Source: Candidatus Aminicenantales bacterium
GTDB lineage: Bacteria > Acidobacteriota > Aminicenantia > Aminicenantales > Saccharicenantaceae
Reading direction: 5' to 3'
Assembly: GCA_049512315.1 (NCBI GenBank)
Contig: JBEKXF010000012.1
Coordinates: 62,001-87,606, forward strand
Length of the DNA: 25,606 nt
Shown: piece by piece, positions 1 to 11,216 of the stretch
Layout of the letters: each line of letters opens with the position of its first letter
Numbering within the stretch: the first letter of the stretch is position 1
The notes under the pieces: generated by a model
Told to the model about the DNA's origin: nothing
Database searches by the model: none
What the model saw: the letters and a program-made list of their open reading frames with translations, nothing else
Translations under genes and position numbers: made by a program

Positions 1-385
1 CGAATTCGGCCGTCGTGCCGTGGACGTTCCGGTTGATCTCCTTGCCGTTGGCCGACACCTGGAAATAGCTATAGGATTCCGGGGCGATGCGCATGATCTC
101 CGGGATCCGGTCCTTGAGGTAGTCGATGTCCTCCGGGTACAGCGATATCTGCCGCCCCTTCGGCAGCCCTTCGAATTCGAGCGAGGTCTGGCCGCCGTAG
201 ACCATGATCAGCGTGTCGCCGAGCCCGCTGAACGCGACCTGGAACTGCGTGGACATGCCCCGGCCGAAGGCCATGAGGAGGAGGATCGAAAGCGTCCCCC
301 AGAAGAGGGCGAAGGTGATGAGCGAGGCCTTCTTCCGGCGCTTCCGGTACTCGCTCCAGAAAAATCGAGGCAGCGTCAGGTTCAT
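1..385 (-). CDS. ABC transporter permease, MacB/FtsX family (5' part; runs off the left edge)
   Basis: Not in the ORF track. Manual translation from ATG at 385: MNLTLPRFFWSEYRKRRKKASLITFALFWGTLSILLLMAFGRG..., open to the window edge. Paralogous to the N-terminus of 387..1628 (WGTFSVVLLIAFG). Starts 1 nt after the upstream stop. Confidence 0.9.
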   Translation of the reverse strand, partial: MNLTLPRFFWSEYRKRRKKASLITFALFWGTLSILLLMAFGRGMSTQFQVAFSGLGDTLIMVYGGQTSLEFEGLPKGRQISLYPEDIDYLKDRIPEIMRIAPESYSYFQVSANGKEINRNVHGTTAEF

Positions 386-386
386 G

Positions 387-1628
387 CTATTTCCTCAGCG
401 CCTCGATCGGGTCGGTGGACGCGGCCGTCCGGGCCGGAATCATCCCGGCGATGACGCCAATGACGAGCAGGATCAGGATCGTGGAAACGATAACGAGCGG
501 GTTGAGGACGGGGACGCCGACGAATTCGGTAAAGCCGCCCGCGGGGAACGCCTTGGTCGCCTGGATAGCGCCGGCCGCCAGGCCGAAGCCGATGAGCCCG
601 CCGAGGAGCATGATGACGAGCGACTCGCTAAAAAACTGCCGGAGGATGGTCCGGCGCCGCGCGCCGACCGCGAGCTTCACGCCGATCTCCCGCGTCCGCT
701 CGTCCACGACGACCCGCATGATCGAGGCCACCCCGACGCCGCCCACGAGGAGCGTGAACGAGCCGATGACCCCGAGGAAGACCGTGAAGGCCATGAAGAA
801 CGTCGTGAACGTCTTCTCGAATTCCATAGTGTCCCAGATGGAGATGGCGTCCGGGTCGGCGGGATCATAGCCGATCAGCTTGGCCAGATGCCCTTTGACG
901 TCGTTCGTGACGGCCTTGCTCCGGCCGAGGTTGAGGGGGCGGAAAATGAAGTTCGAGACATACTTGTAGCCGTAGAGCGAGGAAAAGGTCGTCCAGGCGA
1001 TGAAGGCGCAGCGCTCGTCGCGCTGGCCGTTATAGTTCGAGTTCTGCTGCTTCGTGCGCATGACCCCGACGACGGTGAAGGGGACGCCGTCGATAAAAAT
1101 CGCCTTGCCGACGGGCTCCTCGTTGGCGAAGAGGTCGGTCGCGAGGACGTCCCCGATGAAGCAGACGCGTTTGCGGGCGGCCATGTCCTCGTCATCAATG
1201 AACCGCCCCTTCCCGGCGATCGTGTTCCGCATGCGCTCGAACTGCGGGTTGACGCCTCGGACCGTATCCCGGTATTCCTTCCGGCCGTAGCTGATGAGGG
1301 AGTCGCGCCTGCCGACGAACTCGGGGCTGATGAGGTCGATGCCGGGGACCTTCTCCGGGATGGCCTCGACCACTTCCGGGGTGAGGCGCACGGCCTTGCC
1401 CCGGACGAACCCCTGCCAGGGAAGGGTCGTCCGCGAGGGGAAGGCGAGGACGATCCCTTCCCCCATGCCGTGGAACCGCTTGATCTGGGCCTTGGAGACG
1501 GAGTCGCCGAAGGCGATGAGGAGGACGACGGAAAACGTCCCCCAGACGACCCCGGACAGGGTCAGGATCGTCCGGAGCGGCTGGCGGACGAGGTCCCGGA
1601 AGAGGTTGCGGAAGAAGATCCCGATCAT
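387..1628 (-). CDS. ABC transporter permease, MacB/FtsX family
   Basis: N-terminal TM, large periplasmic domain, and C-terminal motifs GGVGVASIM..V.ERTREIGVKLAVGA and PARTAASTDPIEALR typical of MacB-type permeases. Confidence 0.95.
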   Translation of the reverse strand: MIGIFFRNLFRDLVRQPLRTILTLSGVVWGTFSVVLLIAFGDSVSKAQIKRFHGMGEGIVLAFPSRTTLPWQGFVRGKAVRLTPEVVEAIPEKVPGIDLISPEFVGRRDSLISYGRKEYRDTVRGVNPQFERMRNTIAGKGRFIDDEDMAARKRVCFIGDVLATDLFANEEPVGKAIFIDGVPFTVVGVMRTKQQNSNYNGQRDERCAFIAWTTFSSLYGYKYVSNFIFRPLNLGRSKAVTNDVKGHLAKLIGYDPADPDAISIWDTMEFEKTFTTFFMAFTVFLGVIGSFTLLVGGVGVASIMRVVVDERTREIGVKLAVGARRRTILRQFFSESLVIMLLGGLIGFGLAAGAIQATKAFPAGGFTEFVGVPVLNPLVIVSTILILLVIGVIAGMIPARTAASTDPIEALRK

Positions 1629-1667
1629 GGGCTCGCGGCCTTCTTATCTGATCACGCGGTCACTCGA

Positions 1668-2762
1668 TCACTTGATTTCGCGGGGAGGCTTCTCGACGAC
1701 CTTCTCGCCCTCTTTGAGTCCGGACACGATCTCGATGTTCAGCCCGTCGGAGAGCCCGGTCTGGACCTCGACCTTGCGGGTCTTCTGCTCGCCCGGGGCC
1801 TGGGTTTCGGGCACCTCGACGAACCGCTTGCCGTTCTCGAAGATGACCAGCCGCTCGGGGAGCATCAGGACCTGCTTACGGTCGCGGATCCGGATGCTGG
1901 CCGTGGCCGAGAATCCGGCGCGGAGGACCATCCCCGGGTCCTTGACAATGGAGATCTCGATGTCGAAGAGGGTGGCGTTCCCTTCCTTCTTGGCCTTGGG
2001 GTAGATCGAGGTGACCTCGCCCGCGATCTTGGCGTCGGGCAGGGCGCCGATCGTGATCTCGGCGGGCATTGCGGCGACGAGCTTGCCCACGTCGATCTCG
2101 TCGACCGTGCCCTTGAAGCGCAGGCTATCCATGTCCGCGAGAGAGCAGAGCTCGGTCCCCGGCTGGTAGTTGGTCAGCGGGACGACCGGGTCACCCAGAA
2201 AGACGCTCTGGGAGAGGATGATGCCGGTGTTAGGGGACCTGATGATCGAGTCGATTTCCCGGTTGGACATGCGGATCCGCCCCTTCTCGAGGAGCTCGAG
2301 GCGCTCCGCGGCGATCTTATAGTGGAGATTGGCCTCCTGGTAGGCGCCTTCGGCGGCGTCCATCTCGGACTTGGAGATCAGCGATTTCTTGAAGAGCTCG
2401 ATTTGGCGCTCCCAATCGGACTTGATCTTGTGCAGGGTCACCTCGGCGACTTCCATGGCGCGCCGGGATTCCACATACTCGAGCGGCGTCGGGTTGGGGG
2501 AGATCTTCATAAGGGGGGCGCCCGCCTTCACGGCGTCGCCCACCTTGAACAGGACCTCGGAGACGATGCCCGGGATGGTCGACTTGACCTTGGTCTCCTT
2601 CTCGGGCTCGATGGTGCCGACGGCCAGGGCCTTTTCCTGGATGTCGCCCCGAGTGACGGGGACGAGCTTGACCTCGGCCTTCTTTTTGCCGCAGGCAAAA
2701 AGGAAATAGAAGAAGGTCAGGATGAACAGGGCGGCGAAAACACGTACGGTCCACTTTTTCAT
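1668..2762 (-). CDS. Efflux periplasmic adaptor (membrane fusion protein), MacA-like
   Basis: Signal/lipobox-like LFAC, lipoyl-like halves (VKSTIPGIVSEVLFKVGDAVKAG; IRSPNTGII), helical hairpin, C-terminal GLSDG.NIEIVSGLKEGEKVV; first gene of the permease operon. Confidence 0.93.
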   Translation of the reverse strand: MKKWTVRVFAALFILTFFYFLFACGKKKAEVKLVPVTRGDIQEKALAVGTIEPEKETKVKSTIPGIVSEVLFKVGDAVKAGAPLMKISPNPTPLEYVESRRAMEVAEVTLHKIKSDWERQIELFKKSLISKSEMDAAEGAYQEANLHYKIAAERLELLEKGRIRMSNREIDSIIRSPNTGIILSQSVFLGDPVVPLTNYQPGTELCSLADMDSLRFKGTVDEIDVGKLVAAMPAEITIGALPDAKIAGEVTSIYPKAKKEGNATLFDIEISIVKDPGMVLRAGFSATASIRIRDRKQVLMLPERLVIFENGKRFVEVPETQAPGEQKTRKVEVQTGLSDGLNIEIVSGLKEGEKVVEKPPREIK

Positions 2763-2795
2763 GGCAAACCTCTATTCTCTGTTTATAGCTATAAA

Positions 2796-2821
2796 TACGT
2801 ATCGAGGGGGGAAAACGTTCA
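2796..2821 (-). promoter_or_regulatory. Putative ECF sigma factor (SigW-like) promoter
   Basis: Minus strand reads TGAAC-N17-CGTA, ending 33 nt before the adaptor ATG; resembles the SigW consensus TGAAAC-N16-CGTA. Confidence 0.6.
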
Positions 2822-2895
2822 GTATTTGGGGGTTCCTGCCGAATTTCGGTAATTAGTTGTGTGTCACCGAATTGAAAGGGGGGAAAACGTTCAGT
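2805..2895 (+). repeat. 19-bp exact direct repeat flanking a 53-bp segment that contains the REP-like element
   Basis: AGGGGGGAAAACGTTCAGT at 2805-2823 and 2877-2895. Confidence 0.9.
2841..2873 (+). repeat. REP-like intergenic element, copy 1
   Basis: GAATTTCGGTAATTAGTTGTGTGTCACCGAATT, identical to 18086-18118, with imperfectly palindromic ends (AATT(T)CGGT...ACCGAATT). Confidence 0.9.
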
Positions 2896-2896
2896 G

Positions 2897-2925
2897 TTGA
2901 CTGGATTTAACCCCCGTGATATATA
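2897..2925 (+). promoter_or_regulatory. Putative sigma70 promoter of the kinase gene
   Basis: TTGACT-N17-TATATA with TGn (extended -10), 100 nt upstream of the ATG at 3025. Confidence 0.55.
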
Positions 2926-3024
2926 ACGGTCACTATAGGTCTTTCTTCAGGGAACAGGAGATTAGGTGTCCAAAGTGGGGGATTTCCGAGGAGTTTCTCG
3001 CCTGGTCGAGCCCGGACCTAAACC

Positions 3025-5829
<2,805 letters not shown>

Positions 5830-5867
5830 TCGTTCAAGCCTGCGACAAATTTGCCGCTCTGTTGCTT

Positions 5868-8800
5868 CTATATCAGAAAATGTTCTGCTACTTCTGTTGC
5901 CGAAAGGGCACGATTGTAAATCCGGATATCATCGATCTTTCCATGGAAACTGTTTTCAAAGCTCCATTTTCCAATCTTGAAAGAAGCGCTATTGGACACA
6001 TCTACCGTTCGTGTATCTGATCCTATTAATTGACCATCAATATACAAGGATACGGCCCCATTACTTCTTGTCGCTGCAATGTGATGCCATATCCCATCAT
6101 TATAAGTCTTCTGTGTATAAAGAGCCCAGCCATCATTGAATTCAAATCTTATCTGACCATCAAGAGAATAGAGCCTGGTCCAACTGCCTAGATAAGGGTA
6201 AGCTTCGTCTCTCTTGCCAAGGATATGTCTAGGACCTGAAGAGAAAGGATCCATTTGAATCCAAGCTTCAAGGGTAAAATCACCGGCGCCAAAGTTAAAA
6301 CTCCCAACATTACCCACATCAATGTACGCATTGTCGCCATTGAAACTATAGGCGCCAGCCTGATTTCCAAACCTGTCTGCAGTCAAAGTAGCTACATATA
6401 CTGTTCCATTGAAGCCGTGACCGCTCACATCGTTGGCGTTCCCGTTGAAGGGATAATAAGCAACCTGTCCCAAGTCAAGAGAATAGAGGGTTTGGACCTC
6501 GGAGGCGGAGAGCGCACGATTATAAATGCGAATCTCGTCTATATCCCCCACAAAAAACTCACGAACAGTATTGTACATTTCCGCGCCAACGGTTACATTC
6601 ACATCATTCAGGACCATCGGGTCATATAAAATCGGGCCCGCTTGCTTAATCCCATTGAAATAACTATTGAAAGACGTGGAATCCAGCGTTACGGCAATTT
6701 GGAAGAACTGGTTCAGCGGAACCGGATTCTGAGTTACCGAACTATCCCAATTTCCATTTTGGACCTGATGGACATACTCGACTTGCCCTTGGAAAGAAGG
6801 ATTTGATGAGCTAAATATACGCAGCGTATAGTTTCCAAAATAGGGGCCCTTCGAAATGATGAAGTTTTCCTTTGAGTAATCTGGAACCTTAACGGTCGCT
6901 ACAATTGTCATTTGCGTCAGATCGAAACTGGGCTCATCGGGAAGTTCGACATAGGTATCAACCCCATTAAAATGCATTGCGCCGTTTGCGTTTCCGAACC
7001 TGTCCTGAGAGTAGGAAGGGCTTCCATGTATGATCCCGTTATGCCGATTTCCACTTTCGTCGTTGGCGTTTCCGTTGAACGGGTAATAGGCGATCAGCCC
7101 TCCGATAGGCGCCGCACCGGTGCCCTGAAGGGCAATATCATAGGGATTCGTGCCCAGGGTGTTATTGGTGATAGAAATAGTGGCGGTCTTAGGGCCGGAT
7201 GATGTTGGCTGAAATCTGATTTTAAATGACGTCGAGTTTCTATTCGCAACAGGAGATGTCGGCTGTTGCTGCACGCTGAATTGGTCGGCATTCGCACCTG
7301 TTATCGTAATGATCGGCTTCCCGCCCAAAATCAGGTTCGCTGAGCCGTCATTGGAAATACTAAAGGTTACATCCGCAGTCGTGCCAGGGCCAATTGAGCC
7401 AAAAGCACAAGTCCCGCCGTCACCAATAGAAGAGCCGTTGGCAGAAACGGCCATGCTTGGGAATATGGTGCCGTTTGTCCAATACACGGGAATTCTCAGG
7501 GGGTTATTGGAGGCTGCCGGAACCGTGACCACGATAAAACCGGTGTGGGTGCCGGGGGCAAGGCCAGTATCGCTCACGGTGACATTCAGTGTCGTCGGTG
7601 CCCCGCTTAAATCACCTCCAGTCTGTGAAACGCTCAGCCAGCTGGAATCAACGGACACGCTGTACGGCAACGATCCTTCTCCGGGAAGATTAGAAAGAGA
7701 CAAATTAAGAGTCTGATTTCCTGGTCCCGCAAAAGACATCGATATCGGCGAAGCGACTATAACCGGCAAAGGACTTTCCCACGGGACATTAGGTTGTAGC
7801 ACAGGCTCGGGTGGTGCCGTCGCCCCTGTATCGCCTGCTTCGGCTGTCGTCTCTCCCGCGACGGTTGTCGTATCAAAAGCAATAGGATCAGTTATGTCAG
7901 GATCATAAACGCGGAGAATAACCTCGGCTCGCTCACCCGGAGATAAATTGAAGGCAATGTTCTGTGTGCCAGAATTTCCATCGGCTGCACTCATTGTTTG
8001 CAGTGGGGTATTCTGAACTCTAGGATTTTGGACCCGCGGATTGGAGACGTTGACGACGAGTTCATCAGAATGCGTCTCCAACAGCTGGCATTCATTATCT
8101 ATGGGGTTCGTATGGATCTTGTAAACGAGGACCTGACCGATCAGCGACGGGTTGGTCCCGGAAAAATATTGAGCGACAGTGGACAAAAGATCGAATGTGT
8201 AGGCTGACGTGGTATTCCCATCGTTCGTAACGGTCCAAGTCATATCCGTCAGGGCCGTATTTTGAACTCGCGGATTCTGCACTCTGGGATTCAGCATCTC
8301 GTTGTTGACGATATTCTCATTCTGAACGCCGGGATTTTGAACTCGAGGATTTTGGACGCGAGGGTTTGTGATTCCCTCGTTCTGAACGCGGGGATTGACG
8401 TAACCCGAGTTCTGGACCCGCGGATTCTGGACGCGGGGACTCAAAAAACTGGTGTTGGGGTCGGTGGGGTTCCCGACGTCATATCTCCAGACTTTGGGAT
8501 TGCTGATTTTTGGACTATGGGATTCGTTGGCTAGAATTTCGCCCGAAGGATCAAGGATGGGATTATTTGTCGAATCGGGATTCAAAATGACATAGCCTAC
8601 AAGAGGACCATTTTCACCGTCATAAACATTGACTCTTACTGGAGCAAATGGATTGCCAGTAGACGGACCAGCATAGACCGTACAGGAAACAGAAGAAGAT
8701 GGCTCAACCGTGACGTCCAGAGAAGCTTTGTTGGAGTCAAATTCGTCAAATGAGGCTGGCACACCTGAGGCAGGGTTTAAGGTCAGATATAAGTGTTTTC

Positions 8801-10793
8801 CCTGAGATCCGAGAGCCGCCGTGGGTTCCATTGTATTCTTGACAACGACGACAAAGGCGCGCTGGATATCAAGCTGTTTCGTGTTTCCCGGCGAGCCGAC
8901 AATAACTCCATGGTTAAGGTTGGCCACGTAGATATTTTGATTCTTCATGCCTGTATTATCTTTATTGTTACAGGTGTTATTTTGGCCAAAATCACCGTCT
9001 TGAGTGGACGTGGGAGGATTATAATGGATCCAGTCTCCCCATAAATTGCCTGCCGGCGGCCGGACATCACGGTTATCAGTCCAAACTAAGGGGGAAGTAG
9101 TTGGCTCCGACGGGCTTGTATTGAAAACCCAAGAATTGGATGCCGTTGCAGGGGGAGGCAAGATCTGCGGAGATGACGCGATCTCTATATAATCGCCGTG
9201 GAAAGGTTTCATGCCCAGATTAAAGAGGGGAAAATTTATGAAGTTGTACTGGCCCTGCCAAAGAACAACGTTCCCTCCAATATCTTTAATGGGCTCTCCG
9301 TTCGCGTCCATTTGCATATAATAAAGATAACGGCTCACGGGAATCGACGCCTGAAAAGTGGGCGGGGTACCAGGCGTTCCTTCCGCAGCCCGGACATCGA
9401 TCGTGTGTCGATGATCACTTCCATCTTCGATGAATTTTGTATTGGGATGGTGCAAAAAGATATCATCGCGCTGATCATACCAGGCCAACATTAATCTGCC
9501 CCCGCCAAAAGTCATGGTCGGCATAAATTGATGCCCGTCGAGCGGAGAAGTTTGATCAACGATCCGGGGCGCTGACCAGGTCAGACCGCGGTTTTTTGAA
9601 TACGAAATCACGATGCGGGCCTGCCCATTCGGATTCGGTAGCCCGTTCTTGTCATATCGTTGCGCCCAGGCTACATAAACAATGCCATTCCCATCAACAG
9701 CCATTGTGGGATAAGAATTCGTCCGGAACGAGGTATTTGTCGTAAGCTGGTCAAAAGGACAAGGAAGGGTGGCAACATCCGCGGGAAAGGTGAAGCATTT
9801 CCCCCCATCAATAGATTTTACAAAGCCGATTCCGTCAGGTTTATTCAAAAAGGCAAACCGTCTGAAAACGACATAGATCGTCTTCCCAGTAGGATCACTC
9901 GGATCGATGACGATTACCGGCCGCTGAACGAGGTACTGGAATTCACTCAAGATCGTGGGCCAAGTCCAGGTCACACCGCCATCGCTCGACCTGACAAGAA
10001 TGATTCTACTGCGCGTAATTTTTGTAGTGTCCCCCAAAAAGACGGTATAAGCGACATAGATATTTCCATAGGGCGCGCCGCCTCGAGGAACATCGACCGC
10101 CATATTCGGCATGTCGAGAAATCGGCGCTGAGTGTCCCTATCAACCGCCTTGGTGTCGATATATTTTATCGGACCTACATATTTCTTGTACCCGGAGACC
10201 TGATCGATTTCTTCCTCAACATTCTCCCGATTATTGAAGTCGACATAGCGCGCCACGAAAACCGCTCCTTGCTGTTGATTGCGATTGAAGACGATGCCGC
10301 TAAGGTAGAACAGCCCGCGGGCGCCCGCCCGGACTATCGGATCGCAAGCCGTGTCAAACCCGTGGATCGGAGAAGCCATCCCTTCAGCCGATGTGTCCTG
10401 GGGGAATCCTGGAAGAAGCGTTGTGACACTGGATTCCCCAGCGTTGAAAGATTCAAAAACGCCTATCCATGAATCCCGCACAGCAGATGCCCCAGGTATC
10501 CCTGGCAGGCTATAGTCATCGGGCATGTCAATAGTCCGATAGTCATTAGCCGCGGCAAAGAGATGCATTGGGTTGCGCGAAGAAACGGCAATCGACGGCT
10601 CGTTCTGACGCTGCAGCCAGGGATCACCCAAGGGAAGCTTAGTACCCGAGACCATGTTGACATTCCGGCCGGCGATGACGGTCGGCGTTGGGGTCGTGCC
10701 AGCGCTGGAGAGCTGCGACCTGAACGGGATTCCGATCAAGACCACGGCCAAGAAAACCAAAGAGAGACAAATGGCCAACCGACGGATAGACAT
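5868..10793 (-). CDS. Large secreted protein: sialidase/BNR-like propeller, NPRVQ pentapeptide repeats, BACON/Ig-like domains, two LamG-like domains
   Basis: Start moved to ATG 10793 (AAGGAGG RBS, signal peptide MSIRRLAICLSLVFLAVVLIG). Asp-boxes SSDGGVTW, SIDGGKCF, SKNRGLTW; BACON-like SWLSVS...GTHTGFIVV; Ig-like TFSISNDGSANL...FQPTSSGPKTATISI; two AYYPFNGNAND.SG...IRIYNRALS domains. Confidence 0.9.
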   Translation of the reverse strand: MSIRRLAICLSLVFLAVVLIGIPFRSQLSSAGTTPTPTVIAGRNVNMVSGTKLPLGDPWLQRQNEPSIAVSSRNPMHLFAAANDYRTIDMPDDYSLPGIPGASAVRDSWIGVFESFNAGESSVTTLLPGFPQDTSAEGMASPIHGFDTACDPIVRAGARGLFYLSGIVFNRNQQQGAVFVARYVDFNNRENVEEEIDQVSGYKKYVGPIKYIDTKAVDRDTQRRFLDMPNMAVDVPRGGAPYGNIYVAYTVFLGDTTKITRSRIILVRSSDGGVTWTWPTILSEFQYLVQRPVIVIDPSDPTGKTIYVVFRRFAFLNKPDGIGFVKSIDGGKCFTFPADVATLPCPFDQLTTNTSFRTNSYPTMAVDGNGIVYVAWAQRYDKNGLPNPNGQARIVISYSKNRGLTWSAPRIVDQTSPLDGHQFMPTMTFGGGRLMLAWYDQRDDIFLHHPNTKFIEDGSDHRHTIDVRAAEGTPGTPPTFQASIPVSRYLYYMQMDANGEPIKDIGGNVVLWQGQYNFINFPLFNLGMKPFHGDYIEIASSPQILPPPATASNSWVFNTSPSEPTTSPLVWTDNRDVRPPAGNLWGDWIHYNPPTSTQDGDFGQNNTCNNKDNTGMKNQNIYVANLNHGVIVGSPGNTKQLDIQRAFVVVVKNTMEPTAALGSQGKHLYLTLNPASGVPASFDEFDSNKASLDVTVEPSSSVSCTVYAGPSTGNPFAPVRVNVYDGENGPLVGYVILNPDSTNNPILDPSGEILANESHSPKISNPKVWRYDVGNPTDPNTSFLSPRVQNPRVQNSGYVNPRVQNEGITNPRVQNPRVQNPGVQNENIVNNEMLNPRVQNPRVQNTALTDMTWTVTNDGNTTSAYTFDLLSTVAQYFSGTNPSLIGQVLVYKIHTNPIDNECQLLETHSDELVVNVSNPRVQNPRVQNTPLQTMSAADGNSGTQNIAFNLSPGERAEVILRVYDPDITDPIAFDTTTVAGETTAEAGDTGATAPPEPVLQPNVPWESPLPVIVASPISMSFAGPGNQTLNLSLSNLPGEGSLPYSVSVDSSWLSVSQTGGDLSGAPTTLNVTVSDTGLAPGTHTGFIVVTVPAASNNPLRIPVYWTNGTIFPSMAVSANGSSIGDGGTCAFGSIGPGTTADVTFSISNDGSANLILGGKPIITITGANADQFSVQQQPTSPVANRNSTSFKIRFQPTSSGPKTATISITNNTLGTNPYDIALQGTGAAPIGGLIAYYPFNGNANDESGNRHNGIIHGSPSYSQDRFGNANGAMHFNGVDTYVELPDEPSFDLTQMTIVATVKVPDYSKENFIISKGPYFGNYTLRIFSSSNPSFQGQVEYVHQVQNGNWDSSVTQNPVPLNQFFQIAVTLDSTSFNSYFNGIKQAGPILYDPMVLNDVNVTVGAEMYNTVREFFVGDIDEIRIYNRALSASEVQTLYSLDLGQVAYYPFNGNANDVSGHGFNGTVYVATLTADRFGNQAGAYSFNGDNAYIDVGNVGSFNFGAGDFTLEAWIQMDPFSSGPRHILGKRDEAYPYLGSWTRLYSLDGQIRFEFNDGWALYTQKTYNDGIWHHIAATRSNGAVSLYIDGQLIGSDTRTVDVSNSASFKIGKWSFENSFHGKIDDIRIYNRALSATEVAEHFLI
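8247..8441 (-). repeat. Coding pentapeptide repeat tract, 13 units, consensus NPRVQ
   Basis: SPRVQ NPRVQ NSGYV NPRVQ NEGIT NPRVQ NPRVQ NPGVQ NENIV NNEML NPRVQ NPRVQ NTALT; a second tract NPRVQ NPRVQ NTPLQ lies at 7998-8042. Confidence 0.95.
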
Positions 10794-10820
10794 TGCCCCC
10801 TCCTTTTTTCGCGGCGTCAG

Positions 10821-11020
10821 AAGGCGGACTGAGCTCCGAACGGCGCGAGCCCTTTCGGGCCGCATGGAGCTCTTAGGAAGGTAAGACGGATTGGATTTTG
10901 AGGAATTATGAGATGACCAAGGTCCGTGAAGACGGAAGGATCCGCCCAAGCGAATCTGTCCTCACGGACGAAAAGACTGTTTCCCCCGGCTTGGAAGCGG
11001 ATTCTTCCCCCTCCCGCCTC
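10821..11020 (-). promoter_or_regulatory. Structured 5' leader, candidate cis-regulatory RNA of unrecognised family
   Basis: Complementary pairs on the minus-strand RNA: 10997-11008 with 10934-10945, 10989-10994 with 10946-10951, 10958-10969 with 10922-10933; a GAAA-capped hairpin at 10831-10872. Confidence 0.5.
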
Positions 11021-11037
11021 TCGCTTATTACATAATA

Positions 11038-11066
11038 ATGTTAATTTTCAATAAGTTAAATGTCAA
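11038..11066 (-). promoter_or_regulatory. Putative sigma70 promoter of the large secreted protein gene
   Basis: Minus strand TTGACA-N17-TAACAT in an AT-rich stretch. Confidence 0.6.
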
Positions 11067-11216
11067 GGTAGTATTTTTGGGGTAGGGCAGTTAAGGCAGT
11101 TCCATGGCAATTCGATGAGATGCGTTAATTTACAATCTCCTCTCTCGATTGACAGGTCCTCTCACCCTAACATATATTCGCTTCATACGCTGAGCCGTCA
11201 ATCAGGAGGACATCCC

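Noticed and set aside
204..2852. 882-aa plus-strand ORF
   Set aside because: Antisense shadow of three well-supported high-GC minus-strand genes; no recognisable motifs.
5868..7103. Duplicated LamG ends as a diversity-generating retroelement TR/VR pair
   Set aside because: Both copies are in-frame coding domains with divergent cores, differences are not adenine-specific, and no reverse transcriptase is present.
10794..10949. 52-codon N-terminal extension of the large secreted protein in the ORF track
   Set aside because: ATG 10793 has a strong RBS and begins a signal peptide; the extension covers the structured leader.
10821..11020. Assignment of the leader to c-di-GMP or c-di-AMP riboswitch classes
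   Set aside because: A GAAA tetraloop and a CGGGGGAA segment are present, but the other conserved elements of those classes are not recognisable.
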